From Longimicrobiales bacterium (lineage in GTDB: Bacteria; Gemmatimonadota; Gemmatimonadetes; Longimicrobiales; Gaopeijiaceae): a stretch of DNA of 64,000 bases. Position numbers and translations under genes: made by a program. The stretch spans positions 3,008,001-3,072,000 of the forward strand of contig OZ241869.1 of assembly GCA_965202805.1 (NCBI GenBank), in the 5' to 3' direction. Shown here in pieces: positions 33,221 to 43,700 of this stretch (position 1 is its first letter; each line of letters starts with the position of its first letter). The notes under the pieces were generated by a model, which was not told the origin of the DNA, made no database searches, and worked only from the letters and a program-made list of their open reading frames with translations.

Positions 33221-36200
33221 ATGAACGCCACGACATCCCGCATGTCCACCCTCTGCCTCCTCCTGGCGCTGGCCCTCGCCGCCGCCTCCGCGCCCGCCAC
33301 CGCCCAGCAGGCCCCCTCCCCCGAAGCCTACGCCGACCTTGAGTGGCGCTACATCGGGCCCGAGGGCAACCGCTTCTCCGCGGCTGCCGGGCTCCCGAGC
33401 GACCCCTACACCTACTACGTCGGCGCCGCCTCCGGAGGCATCTACAAGACCACCGACGGCGGGGTGAACTGGGACGCCATCTTCGACGACCAGCCGGTGC
33501 AGTCGATCGGCTCGCTGGGGGTGTCCCTGACCGATCCCAACATCGTCTGGGCCGGGACCGGCGAGGGGAAGATCCGCAGCCATATCTCCATCGGGCAGGG
33601 CGTCTACAAGTCCACGGACGGGGGGATGACCTGGACGCTCATGGGGCTCGAGCAGACGGGGCGCATTCCCCGGCTCGCCATCCATCCGACCGATCCCGAC
33701 ATCGTCTACGTGTGCGCGCTGGGGCATGCCTACGGGCCGCAGCAGGAGCGCGGCGTCTATCGCACCATGGACGGGGGCGAGAGCTGGGAGCGCGTGCTCT
33801 TCGTGGACGAGGACACGGGGTGCTCCGACATCGCCCTCGACCCGGTGAACCCGCGCAACCTGTTCGCCGGAACCTGGCAGCTCGAGATCCACACCTACGG
33901 CCGCACCAGCGGCGGACCCGGCGGCGGCCTGCACGTCTCCCGCGACGGCGGCGACACCTGGGAGAAGCTCAACGGTCCCGACAACGGCATCGGGTTGCCG
34001 AACCTTCCGGTCGGGAAGGTTGCGGTGGCCATCGCGCCGTCGAATCCGCAGCGCGTCTACGCCATGCTCGAGACCGGCGACGGGATCCCGTGGGACGGGC
34101 GCGAGACCGAGGACGGCCAGGTCTGGGGTTCGACCGACGGCGGCCGCACCTGGACGCGCATCACCCGCAACCGCAACGCCATGGGGCGCCCCCACTACTA
34201 CTCGCGCGTGGTCGTGTCGCCCGACGACGAGGACGAGGCGTACTTCCTGACCGCCTCCTTCTCGGTTTCGACCGACGGCGGCCGCGCCATCAACGTGATC
34301 CCGCGCGAGGACGCCCCGGGCGGCGACCACCACGACATGTGGATCGACCCGGGCAACGGCGACCGCATGATCGTCGCGCACGACCAGGGGCTCTCCATCT
34401 CCATCAACCGGGGCAAGACCTGGTATCGCCAGCGGCTCACCAACGCGCAGATGTACCACGTGACCGTGGACAACGAGATCCCCTACAACGTGCTCGGCAA
34501 CAAGCAGGACGAGCCCACCTACCGCGGGCCCAGCAACAGCCGCATCATGGGCCAGCGGCGCATCACCTGGATCCCGCGCGGGATGTGGCACCACGTGGGC
34601 GGCGGCGAGAGCGGGTTCGCGACCCCCGATCCGGTCGACCCCAACATCGTCTGGTCCTCGGCCTCCGGGTCGGGCATGGTCGGCGGCATCGTGGTGCGCT
34701 ACGAGGAGGAGCGGCGCCAGTGGCGGGGCGTCGAGGTGTGGCCGGAGCAGAGCCGGGGCGCGGCGGAGGGCGTGCGCTACCGCTTCGTCTGGGATGCCCC
34801 GATCCACATCTCCCCGCACGACAACACCACCGTCTACGTCGGCAGCCAGCACGTGCACCGCACGCAGAACGGGGGCCAGAGCTGGGAGGTGATCAGCCCG
34901 GACCTCTCGCTCAACGACCGGAGCCGCATGGGCTTCTCCGGGGGCCTCACCGGCGACAACATCGGCGTCGAGTACGCGGGCGTGGTGTTCGGCATCAGCG
35001 AGTCGCCCATCGAGCAGGGCCTGATCTGGGCCGGCACCAACGACGGCCTCCTGCACGTCACCCGCGACAACGGCGCCAGCTGGACCAACGTGACCGAAAA
35101 CATGCCCGATCTGCCCGAGTGGCTGGCCGTGCGCAGCATCGCCGCGTCCCGCTTCGACGCGGGCACCGCCTACGTGGCCATCGACGGGCACCAGATGAAC
35201 GTGCGCGATCCCTATGTCTACCGGACGCGCGACTACGGCGAGTCGTTCGAGAAGATCACGGACGGCATTCCGCCCAGCATGCTGAGCTACACGAAGATCA
35301 TCATCGAGGACACGAAGCGTCAGGGCCTGCTCTACGTCGGCACCGAAAACGCCATCTACGTCTCCTTCGACGACGGCGACAACTGGCAGCCGCTCCAGCA
35401 GAACCTTCCCGCCGCGCCGGTGTCGGGCGTCGTCATCCAGGAGCACTTCAACGACCTGGTGGTGGGCACCTACGGGCGCGGCTTCTGGATCCTGGACGAT
35501 CTCGCGCCGCTGCAGCAGCTGACGCCGGAGGTCATGGCGTCCGGTTCGCACCTGTTCGCGCCCCGCGACGCCTACCGCTTCAGGCCCATCACGCCGCCCT
35601 CGGTGCCGTACGACGATCCAACCGTCGGGGTGGACCCCGAGTACGGCGCCTACCTCAACTACTGGCTGGCCGAGCCCGCCGGCGATGCCCCCTCAGTCGA
35701 GATCGTGAACGGAATGGGCGCGGTGGTGCGCACCCTGGAGGGCACCAACAACGCGGGCGTGAACCGCATCTACTGGGATCTCCGGGATGAGCCCAACGAT
35801 CCCATCATGCTCTACACCAGCCCGATGTACGCCGAGCACATCATGGTGGGCGAGGAGGGACGACCGGCCCCCGGCGCGTCCCGGATTTCCATCCTCCAGC
35901 CCCCGGGCCAGTACACGGTGCGCCTCAACGTGGACGGAGAGACCCACGAGCAGCCGCTCACCGTCATCAAGGACCCGCACTCGGCGGGAAGCGAGGCCGA
36001 CATCGCGGAGCAAGTCGCCTTCCTGGAGGACGTGCGCGAGGACGTGGTGACCGCGGGCGAGGCGGTGCACCGGGTGGAGGCGCTCCGGGTCCAGCTCGAG
36101 ACCATGGCCCGGTTCGCCGACGACGAAACCCTCTCCGAGGCCATCTCGGAGCTGGAGGACAGCCTCGCGGAGGTGCAGGGAACGCTGGTGGACCTGCGCC

Positions 36201-36445
36201 AGACCGGCCAGGGGCAGGACGCGGTCCGCTTCGAGGCGCGCCTCCTGTCGAAGCTGGGCTACCTGACCAACGCCCTCTCGAACGCCGACTTCCCGCCGAC
36301 CGACCAGGAAACGGAGGTGAAGGGCATCCTGCACGAGCAACTGCAACTGCACCTCGCTGCCGTGGAGAGGCTGATCGCGGAGGACGTGGCCGCGCTGAAC
36401 GAGATGCTCCGCACCCGGGGGTTGTTGCTGATTACGGACGGGTAG
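33221..36445 (+). CDS. VPS10/BNR (Asp-box) beta-propeller protein, paralog of 14679..17972
   Basis: Signal peptide, Asp boxes, GDHHDMWIDP, GGGESGFATPDP shared with paralog. Confidence 0.87.
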   Translation: MNATTSRMSTLCLLLALALAAASAPATAQQAPSPEAYADLEWRYIGPEGNRFSAAAGLPSDPYTYYVGAASGGIYKTTDGGVNWDAIFDDQPVQSIGSLGVSLTDPNIVWAGTGEGKIRSHISIGQGVYKSTDGGMTWTLMGLEQTGRIPRLAIHPTDPDIVYVCALGHAYGPQQERGVYRTMDGGESWERVLFVDEDTGCSDIALDPVNPRNLFAGTWQLEIHTYGRTSGGPGGGLHVSRDGGDTWEKLNGPDNGIGLPNLPVGKVAVAIAPSNPQRVYAMLETGDGIPWDGRETEDGQVWGSTDGGRTWTRITRNRNAMGRPHYYSRVVVSPDDEDEAYFLTASFSVSTDGGRAINVIPREDAPGGDHHDMWIDPGNGDRMIVAHDQGLSISINRGKTWYRQRLTNAQMYHVTVDNEIPYNVLGNKQDEPTYRGPSNSRIMGQRRITWIPRGMWHHVGGGESGFATPDPVDPNIVWSSASGSGMVGGIVVRYEEERRQWRGVEVWPEQSRGAAEGVRYRFVWDAPIHISPHDNTTVYVGSQHVHRTQNGGQSWEVISPDLSLNDRSRMGFSGGLTGDNIGVEYAGVVFGISESPIEQGLIWAGTNDGLLHVTRDNGASWTNVTENMPDLPEWLAVRSIAASRFDAGTAYVAIDGHQMNVRDPYVYRTRDYGESFEKITDGIPPSMLSYTKIIIEDTKRQGLLYVGTENAIYVSFDDGDNWQPLQQNLPAAPVSGVVIQEHFNDLVVGTYGRGFWILDDLAPLQQLTPEVMASGSHLFAPRDAYRFRPITPPSVPYDDPTVGVDPEYGAYLNYWLAEPAGDAPSVEIVNGMGAVVRTLEGTNNAGVNRIYWDLRDEPNDPIMLYTSPMYAEHIMVGEEGRPAPGASRISILQPPGQYTVRLNVDGETHEQPLTVIKDPHSAGSEADIAEQVAFLEDVREDVVTAGEAVHRVEALRVQLETMARFADDETLSEAISELEDSLAEVQGTLVDLRQTGQGQDAVRFEARLLSKLGYLTNALSNADFPPTDQETEVKGILHEQLQLHLAAVERLIAEDVAALNEMLRTRGLLLITDG

Positions 36446-36597
36446 AGCGTGTTGCCTCTCCACGGTCTCGTTGACGAACGTCAGCTGGCATGGCATTCTC
36501 TGTCCCATGCGCCCCGTGCATCGATTCCCGGTCCAGTGCGATTGGCGACGGGTGGTTGTCTGCCTGAGCAATCGAACGGTTTAGGCTGGGCACGTAC

Positions 36598-38238
36598 ATG
36601 AATTTCTTTGAGAACGAATCCCCCGAGAAGCTAAGGGGCGGATACTACACGTCCCAGGACATCGCGCGTTTTCTTGTGCGGTGGGTTGAGGAGATTGCTC
36701 CCAAGACGGTCTTGGAGCCGAGTTGTGGAGACGGGGCGTTCATACGAGCGATGGCTGCTAGTCCGCCAAGCTCATTGCGCAAGATCACCGCGTGTGAAAT
36801 TGTGGCCACCGAAGCGGCCAAGGCACGTGAGGAAGCTCACGCTTTCCCTGCCTCCGTCGATACACGCGTGTGGGAGGAAGACTTTCTTGGCTGGACGCTC
36901 CTTAGGCTGAACAGCCCGCCGATCTTCGATGCGGTAGTTGGGAATCCTCCATTTATTCGCTATCAATACCTCAACAAAACGCTTCAAGACAGAGCGGAGA
37001 CCTTGTTTCAGAAATTCCGGCTCCCCTTTACTAGGCACACCAACGCTTGGGTTCCGTTCATCATTGCGTCTCTCGCAATGCTTCGTCCTGCTGGCAGGCT
37101 AGCCATGGTCGTTCCTGCGGAACTGTTGCATGTGCTCCATGCGCAGTCGCTCCGGTCTTACTTGTTACAAACTTGTTCGCGCATCTTGGTGCTAGATCCC
37201 GCGGAGTTGCTCTTTGCCGATACCCTTCAAGGTGTCGTCCTGCTCTTGGCAGAAAAGGCGCCCACGGGTAAACAGGACCGCGCTTCCGTTGCGATTAACC
37301 ACGTCCGCGGCCGGTCTTTTTTGGATGAACCTGCGAGGCAACAATTCACGGAGGCATCATTCGTCTCGGCGGACCAACTAGGGCCCAAATGGTTGAGCGC
37401 GTTCCTTACACGGAACGAGCGCCAACTCTTGGAGGAGCTCCGTGCTCGTCGTTGGGTCCGACCTTTCGGTGAAGTAGGCACTGTGGCCGTTGGTATAGTG
37501 ACGGGAGCCAACAAGTTCTTCCTTGTCCCCGATGCGACCGTCCACCAGTTCTCGCTTGGGGACTTCGCTCATCCCATGTTCGGGCGCAGCGAACACGTCC
37601 CTGGCGTGCTTTACGATGACCGGACGCACCAAGAGAACCGCCGACGCGGGTATCCGACGAACTTCCTTTGGTTTCGAGACACTGGCAAGTCAGAGCTTCC
37701 GCGAGGAGCGCGGTTGTACATAGACAATGGTGAGGCACAGGATCTACACACGCGCTACAAGTGTCGTATTAGAACACCCTGGTACAGCGTACCTTCTGTT
37801 TTTGCGACACCCGTAGGTATGCTCAAGCGCTCCCATGATTTCCCCCGTCTGGTGCTGAACTCGGTCGGCGCGTTTACCACGGACACGGCCTACCGAATTG
37901 CCCCTGCGAACGGAATGTCTGCGGAGCAACTCGTATTCGCCTTTGTGAACAGCCTCACCGCGTTATCAGCTGAACTCGAAGGGCGGCACTATGGAGGGGG
38001 AGTGTTGGAACTCGTTCCCTCTGAAATCAATCGTGTCTTGCTCCCATATCTGCCCAATGCGCCACCGGAATGCGACCGACTAGACGCGATGTTCCGTGCC
38101 CACGAACATCCAGGCGCAATCTTACGAAAACAGGACGCGCGCGTGCTAAACTCCTTAGGCCTGGACACCGCTGACCGCGACACTCTGCTAAATGCATGGA
38201 TGAGGCTAAGATCGAGGCGGCAGCGGATCGCCGCGTAA
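36598..38238 (+). CDS. N6-adenine DNA methyltransferase, gamma class (type II R-M, XhoI/Eco57I-like)
   Basis: GGYYT motif X, VLEPSCGDGAF motif I, VVGNPPFIRY motif IV, C-terminal EGRHYGGGVLELVPSE. Confidence 0.9.
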   Translation: MNFFENESPEKLRGGYYTSQDIARFLVRWVEEIAPKTVLEPSCGDGAFIRAMAASPPSSLRKITACEIVATEAAKAREEAHAFPASVDTRVWEEDFLGWTLLRLNSPPIFDAVVGNPPFIRYQYLNKTLQDRAETLFQKFRLPFTRHTNAWVPFIIASLAMLRPAGRLAMVVPAELLHVLHAQSLRSYLLQTCSRILVLDPAELLFADTLQGVVLLLAEKAPTGKQDRASVAINHVRGRSFLDEPARQQFTEASFVSADQLGPKWLSAFLTRNERQLLEELRARRWVRPFGEVGTVAVGIVTGANKFFLVPDATVHQFSLGDFAHPMFGRSEHVPGVLYDDRTHQENRRRGYPTNFLWFRDTGKSELPRGARLYIDNGEAQDLHTRYKCRIRTPWYSVPSVFATPVGMLKRSHDFPRLVLNSVGAFTTDTAYRIAPANGMSAEQLVFAFVNSLTALSAELEGRHYGGGVLELVPSEINRVLLPYLPNAPPECDRLDAMFRAHEHPGAILRKQDARVLNSLGLDTADRDTLLNAWMRLRSRRQRIAA

Positions 38239-38253
38239 GTGCTCTTTGTAAAG

Positions 38254-38946
38254 CTACCGCGTGATCTCTATAACGAAAGGCGCTGGCGCTTGCGAAATTG
38301 GTGCGTATAGACAGAAAGTAGCGCCTGTAACATCGAGTGTTTCCACAAGCTTACGTTGCATGCTCTCGCCCCAGCGGAGACCAGTGGTGTAATTGCCTTG
38401 GCCGGCCTCTCCGGTCGGCTTGTGGCCGACTACCAACTGGAAGAGTCCGTAGTGAGTACCGAAGGCGGTGATATCGAAATCGAACGACGCGATCTCGACC
38501 TGTGGTGATTCCGGGCGCCAGTCTCCTCTTTCGAAGACTTGATTCCTAAAGTACTGTGTGTGATCAATGGTCTTTCCACCCACCTGAAAACCAGCTTGGG
38601 TCAATCGCAAATCACCTGTAGGATGGCCGATCTGCCTCTGAGCGTCGGTCCGCGAGAGTTTCTTCTTCCAGACGAGCGGCCCCTTTGGAGCAGGGCTTGA
38701 TGGCGGCGCTGACGTCTGGGAAGGGTATGGTACTCGGTGGTATGGCACTACAACTTGGATGCTGCTGCCAGAAAAGAGTGAAGCGCTCGCGGGGTCGAGG
38801 GTCGATCCAGACGAAGCCGGCGCATCTGCTGGTTGGTCGCCGCCGGACGACTTGCGCTCCCGAACCTGCAGAAACTGACGGAAGTCGTGCAAATTGTCTG
38901 GGGTCACACGGCGCGCGAATCCCTGCCCTCGTCGAGGTGTTGTCAT
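38254..38946 (-). CDS. Hypothetical protein, putative DNA-recognition partner of the PLD nuclease
   Basis: ATG at 38946 overlaps the PLD gene stop (ATGA); Pro/Ser linker followed by a globular WKKKLSRTDAQ..TGDLRLTQAG domain. Confidence 0.6.
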   Translation of the reverse strand: MTTPRRGQGFARRVTPDNLHDFRQFLQVRERKSSGGDQPADAPASSGSTLDPASASLFSGSSIQVVVPYHRVPYPSQTSAPPSSPAPKGPLVWKKKLSRTDAQRQIGHPTGDLRLTQAGFQVGGKTIDHTQYFRNQVFERGDWRPESPQVEIASFDFDITAFGTHYGLFQLVVGHKPTGEAGQGNYTTGLRWGESMQRKLVETLDVTGATFCLYAPISQAPAPFVIEITR

Positions 38947-39476
38947 TGTTCTTTCCAGTAGGTAGCGAAACACTCAGAAAGCCGTTCGTAGATGACGAGC
39001 TGTTCTTGGGCCGACAGATCTAAGCGAAGGAGCACGTTGACTTCCACGTTGTCTACGAGCCCCCCATAACTCCAGTTTGATGATCCGATGACCGCGAGGG
39101 CTCGTCCTTCGGCCTCGGCATCGAAGAGATAAACCTTCGGGTGAAATGTACGACCAGCTTCGTGGTAGAGGTGGATTCTCACGGTGGGCAGATCGCCAAG
39201 CTTGATGAGCAGGCGGCGCACAGCGTCAAAATCAGAACCCCTTACGTCACCGCCGAAGACGTCGGCCCCGAAAGTCATTTCGACCGGACCGCCGTTCCGC
39301 GCGAACCTGAGGAGCGCGGACAGTAATTCGTCGTAATTGCCGGAGGACTTAGCGAATGCGACGGCTGCGCGAAACCGCTTCCAGTTCCCTGACTCGATCT
39401 CGGAGATCAAGCGGTGCAGCAAACTCTGACCTGTCGCCGAATCATACGGCAGTACCAATAGCTCGATTTCGCTCAT
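38943..39476 (-). CDS. Phospholipase D-superfamily (single HKD) nuclease, NgoFVII/BfiI-like
   Basis: AAVAFAKSSG, FHPKVYLFD (HxKxxxxD), IGSSNWSYGGL..NVEVN. Confidence 0.82.
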   Translation of the reverse strand: MSEIELLVLPYDSATGQSLLHRLISEIESGNWKRFRAAVAFAKSSGNYDELLSALLRFARNGGPVEMTFGADVFGGDVRGSDFDAVRRLLIKLGDLPTVRIHLYHEAGRTFHPKVYLFDAEAEGRALAVIGSSNWSYGGLVDNVEVNVLLRLDLSAQEQLVIYERLSECFATYWKEQ

Positions 39477-39733
39477 CGCCGGGTAGCAACCGGTTGTGTG
39501 TGGCACGCCAACAACCACCCTGCACTGGCGCACGCTCATGATCCTATACCTCAATTTGCATCAATTCCCACCGCCATGCTAGGGAGCATGAAGCCAAGAG
39601 GAAACCAAGCCGGAAGCTGGGTTGTCCATGAACCAACGGTCTTCGATGAAGTTGTGGATGGCGGCATGTTCCCGATGCCGTGCGCCGGTACCGTCAGTCA
39701 GGATCAACGAGGGGTGATCCGTGGTCCATGTCT

Positions 39734-39874
39734 GACTTCCGGTCGACCGACCAGTAGATGGAGGTTAAGGGCATCCTGCACGGACTCTCCGCTGTGGAGA
39801 CGTTGATCGTAGAAGACGTGGCGGCGCTGAACGAGATGCTCCGGACGCTAGGGAAGCTGCTGATGACGGACGGA
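39734..39874 (+). pseudogene. Degenerate duplicate of the 3' end (36287-36442) of the BNR gene
   Basis: Translates DFRSTDQ*MEVKGILHGLSAVETLIVEDVAALNEMLRTLGKLLMTDG versus DFPPTDQETEVKGILHEQLQLHLAAVERLIAEDVAALNEMLRTRGLLLITDG. Confidence 0.9.
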
Positions 39875-40176
39875 GCTTGGGGACCACGAGGCGCAGACGC
39901 GCGCTAAGATGTTGGCGCCTCCTCGGATCACGGACTCTCTATCAGTCGAGAACTCCGGCCGTGGAGGGGCGTCGTAAGGCTGTGTGGCGGCCAACGTTCG
40001 CGCAGGAGCACGGCGAGGAGAAGGGACCCCGATACGTCTGGTCGGAGCGGCGTATCGGGGACGAAGCCGTTGGAGGCCGCCTTGGCATTCGCCCGCGCCC
40101 ATGAAGTGGGGCAAGCCCGATCAGCAATTGGCCCGTTCGGCCATGGAGTGGACAAGGGGAATCCACTAACGTCCAT

Positions 40177-40560
40177 CCTCACGGCGAGATCGCGGCGGCC
40201 ATCGCAAAGGTGCGGGCGGCTAAGCGGCGCGCGGAGGCGAGGTCCGTGGGGCGGTGTGGGCGGAGATCGACGAAGATGCGGGCGTGTGGACGATTCCGGC
40301 CAGCCGGATGAAGACCGCGCGGGTGCACCGGGTGCCCCCTTTCCGGTCGGGCGTTGGAGATCCTGGACGCGGCGCGCAGGCTGGGCGGTGGCGGGAGCGG
40401 GTTCGTATCAATCACTGAGCGCGAGCAGCCGTTGAACAGAACGCGGCCCGGACGGTTGCTCCTGAGCTGCGGAATCTCGGCGGTGCCGTACGGGTTCCGG
40501 TCGTCGTTCCGGGACTGGGCCGCCGAGAGGACGGGCCATCCCCACGAGGTCGTCGAGGAA
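40177..40560 (+). pseudogene. Tyrosine recombinase (P4-like integrase) remnant
   Basis: Across frameshifts: PHGEIAAAIAKVRA, AARGGEVRGAVWAEID..WTIPASRMK..HRVP, LSGRALEIL, VPYGFRSSFRDWAAERT. Confidence 0.85.
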
Positions 40561-40770
40561 GGCGTTTCGGGTAATCTACGGGCCGTAGAATCACGTCAGA
40601 TCGACGATCTCCGGTCTCCGAGGGTACGGGGTAAGGGGAAAAGCGGTGCGCAGCAGCGACTGCGCCGTCACCAATCGGATGCCGTACCGCGATCCTTGGA
40701 CCATATTATGGTCGTGGGTCTACCAGTGCGGCCCGAAATTCCGGCATTGGCCAGGTTCCGGGGATCCAGG

Positions 40771-43700
40771 ATGACTCGTCACCGAACCATCGTCCGGCTG
40801 TTTGCGGTCCTGGCCGCAGCGGCCCTGGCCAAGGGATGCGGAGACGGCGACGGCCCCATTGAGCCGCCGCCCGATGCGCCTCGTCCCGCGACCGTGGCCG
40901 TCACCCCGGCCTCGGCAGTGCTTTCCGCGCTGGGTGCGACCGTCCAACTGCAAGCGGAAGTGCGGGATCAGAACGGACAGGTGCTGACCGACATATCGGT
41001 GGGCTGGGCGGGCGACAGCCCAGAGGTGGCGACAGTGGACGGCTCGGGGCTGGTGACGGCGGTGGCCGAGGGGAGCGCGACGATCACCGCGAGCGCGGGC
41101 GAGGCGACGGGGACCGCGGAGGTCACGGTGGCGCAGTCGCCCGACTCGGTGTCGGTGACGCCGGAGGAAGCGACCCTTGCCGCTGTGGGCGACACGCTGC
41201 GGTTGACGGCCGCCGCGTTCGACGCGAACGGGCACGCGGTCGAGGCTGCGGAGTTCTCGTGGCGGTCAAGCGACGCCGCGGTGGCGACGGTGGACGGCTC
41301 GGGGCTGGTGACGGCGGTGGGCGAGGGGAACGCGACGATCACCGCGAGCGCGGGCGAGGCCACGGGGACGGCGGAGGTCACGGTAGCGCAGTCGCCCGAC
41401 TCAGTGTCGGTGTCGCCGGAGGAAGCGACCCTTGCCGCGCTGGGCGACACGCTCCGGTTGATGGCCGCCGCGTTCGACGCGAACGGGCACGCGGTCGAGG
41501 GCGCGGAGTTCTCGTGGCGGTCGAGCGACGACGCGGTGGCGACGGTGGACGGCGCGGGTCTGGTGACGGCGGCGGGCGACGGGAGTGCGACGATCACCGC
41601 GAGCGCGGGTGGGGCGACAGGGACGGCGGAGGTCACGGTGAGGCAGTCGCCCGACTCGGTGTCGGTGGCGCCGGAGGAAGCGACCCTTGCCGCTGTGGGC
41701 GACACGCTGCGGCTGCTGGCCGCCGCGTTCGACGCGAACGGGCACGCGGTCGAGGCCGCGGAATTCTCGTGGAAGTCGAGCGACGAGGCGGTGGCGACGG
41801 TGGACGGCGCGGGGCTGGTGACGGCGGTGGACAACGGGAGTGCGACGATCACCGCGAGCGCGGGCGAGGCGACGGGGACTGCGGAGGTGACGGTGGAGGT
41901 GGTGGCCGTCCCCATCTGGATTGCCGTGACGCCCGCGCGGGCGACCCTCCTGATGGGCGACACTGTGCGGCTGGCGGCGGAGGTCCGCGACGCGGCCGGC
42001 ATGCCGATCGGGGACGCAACGGTGGCCTGGTCGTCCGCCGACCAGTCGGTCGCGTCGGTGGACCGGTGGGGACTGGTCCGGGCGTTGGCCACGGGCGAGA
42101 CGGTCATCACGGCGACGTCGGAGGAACTGTCGGCCCGGGCCCGGATCACCGTGGTCGAGCCTTCCGACCGGGGTGCGCTCGTCAGCCTCTATCGATCCAC
42201 CGGAGGACAGACGTGGCTGGACAGGACCAACTGGCTGACCGACGCGCCGCTCGGCGACTGGTACGGCGTCACCGTCGATCGGGCGGGACGGGTCGTCCGG
42301 CTGGAGCTGGACGCGAACAATCTGGCGGGCCCGATTCCGCCCGAGATCGCGCACCTGACCCAACTCCGGCGCCTGACCCTGGCTGACAACACTCTCGACG
42401 GCAGCATCCCGCCGGAACTCGGAAGACTGTCCCTTCTGGACTTCCTCCTCCTCAGCAACAACAGTCTCAGCGGCGAGATCCCGCCGGAACTCGGCAAGCT
42501 GACCGCCATGGCAACGATGGGCATGAGCGGAAACCGGCTGAACGGCCGCATCCCGCCCGAGATCGGCAGATTGACGAGGCTGAGGTGGCTGGACCTCGGC
42601 CACAACGACCTCACGGGCGGGATTCCGCCGGTGCTCGCGATCCCCGGCCTCCAGACGCTCATCGTCGCCGGCAACCTCCTCCGCGGCCCGGTGCCGAGCA
42701 GCTTTCTCCGTTCGGGGTTGCAGTGGCTCGAGATGAGCATGCCCCGACACCGGAACCTTTATCTGTGCCTGCCCGGCACGTCTGCCTTCGTAGCGTGGGC
42801 GGCACGGTCGGTGGACCACGACCCACGGTTTTGCAACGATTCCGACAGAGCGGCGCTGGAGGCGCTGCACCAGGCGACCGGAGGGGCTGGCTGGCGGAAC
42901 TCCCGCCGCTGGCTGGCGGACCCGGCGGTGGGTGAATGGTTCGGGGTCGAGGCCGATTCGCTGGGCAGGGTCGTGGCGCTCGATCTGACGAACAACGGAT
43001 TGTCCGGCGAACTCCCGGCCCGTCTGGGGCACCTGGCGGCACTGACGGAGTTGAGGATCGGGAACAACGCCCTCTCGGGTCGGCTGCCCACATCGCTGAC
43101 GGCCCTCTCTCTGCGGGAACTGCACTACTCCGGAACCGGCCTGTGCGCGCCCGCCGACGCTTCCTTCAGCGCGTGGCTGAGCACTATCGCCGCGCACGTG
43201 GGCAGCGGACTGGAATGCGCCCCCACATCGGATCGTGACGTCCTTGAGACACTGTACCGCGCCACCGGCGGGCCGAACTGGAGGAACCGCACCAACTGGC
43301 TGACCGGCGCGCCGCTCGATCAGTGGCACGGAGTCGATGTCGACGCCGAGGGCCGCGTCACCGCGCTGCAGCTGGTGGACAACAATCTCAACGGGGTCAT
43401 TCCTCCGGAGCTGGGTCGGCTCGCCCGTCTGGAGAACCTCCAACTCTTCGGCAACCCGCTGACGGGGCCGATACCGCCCGAGTTGGGCAACCTGTCGAGG
43501 CTCAGGCGGCTGTACCTGTTCTTCACACTTCTGAGCGGGACCATACCGCGGGAACTCGGCAACCTGCAGGCCCTCGAGGAGCTGTGGCTGGAGAGGATTC
43601 CGTTGACGGGGTCGATCCCGCCGGAGCTGGGCCGGCTCTCGAAGCTCCGGTTCCTGGCCGCGCCCGAGAGCAACCTGAGCGGCTCGATTCCGCCCGAACT

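Larger units (their letters stand above)
36446..39733. mobile_element. Small lower-GC genomic island carrying a restriction-modification-like module
   Basis: Abrupt increase in A/T-ending codons; bracketed by degenerate direct repeats 36287-36442 and 39734-39874; integrase remnant nearby. Confidence 0.7.

Noticed and set aside
36556..36587. TTGTCT / TAGGCT promoter for the methyltransferase
   Set aside because: The 20-bp spacer is too long to support the call.
40354..40770. 139-aa N-terminal extension of the 1762-aa ORF
   Set aside because: It is integrase-remnant and intergenic sequence that happens to be open; the lipoprotein signal begins at ATG 40771.
41026..41895. Regularly spaced repeats as a possible CRISPR array
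   Set aside because: Contiguous in-frame 255-bp coding repeats with no unique spacers and no cas genes.
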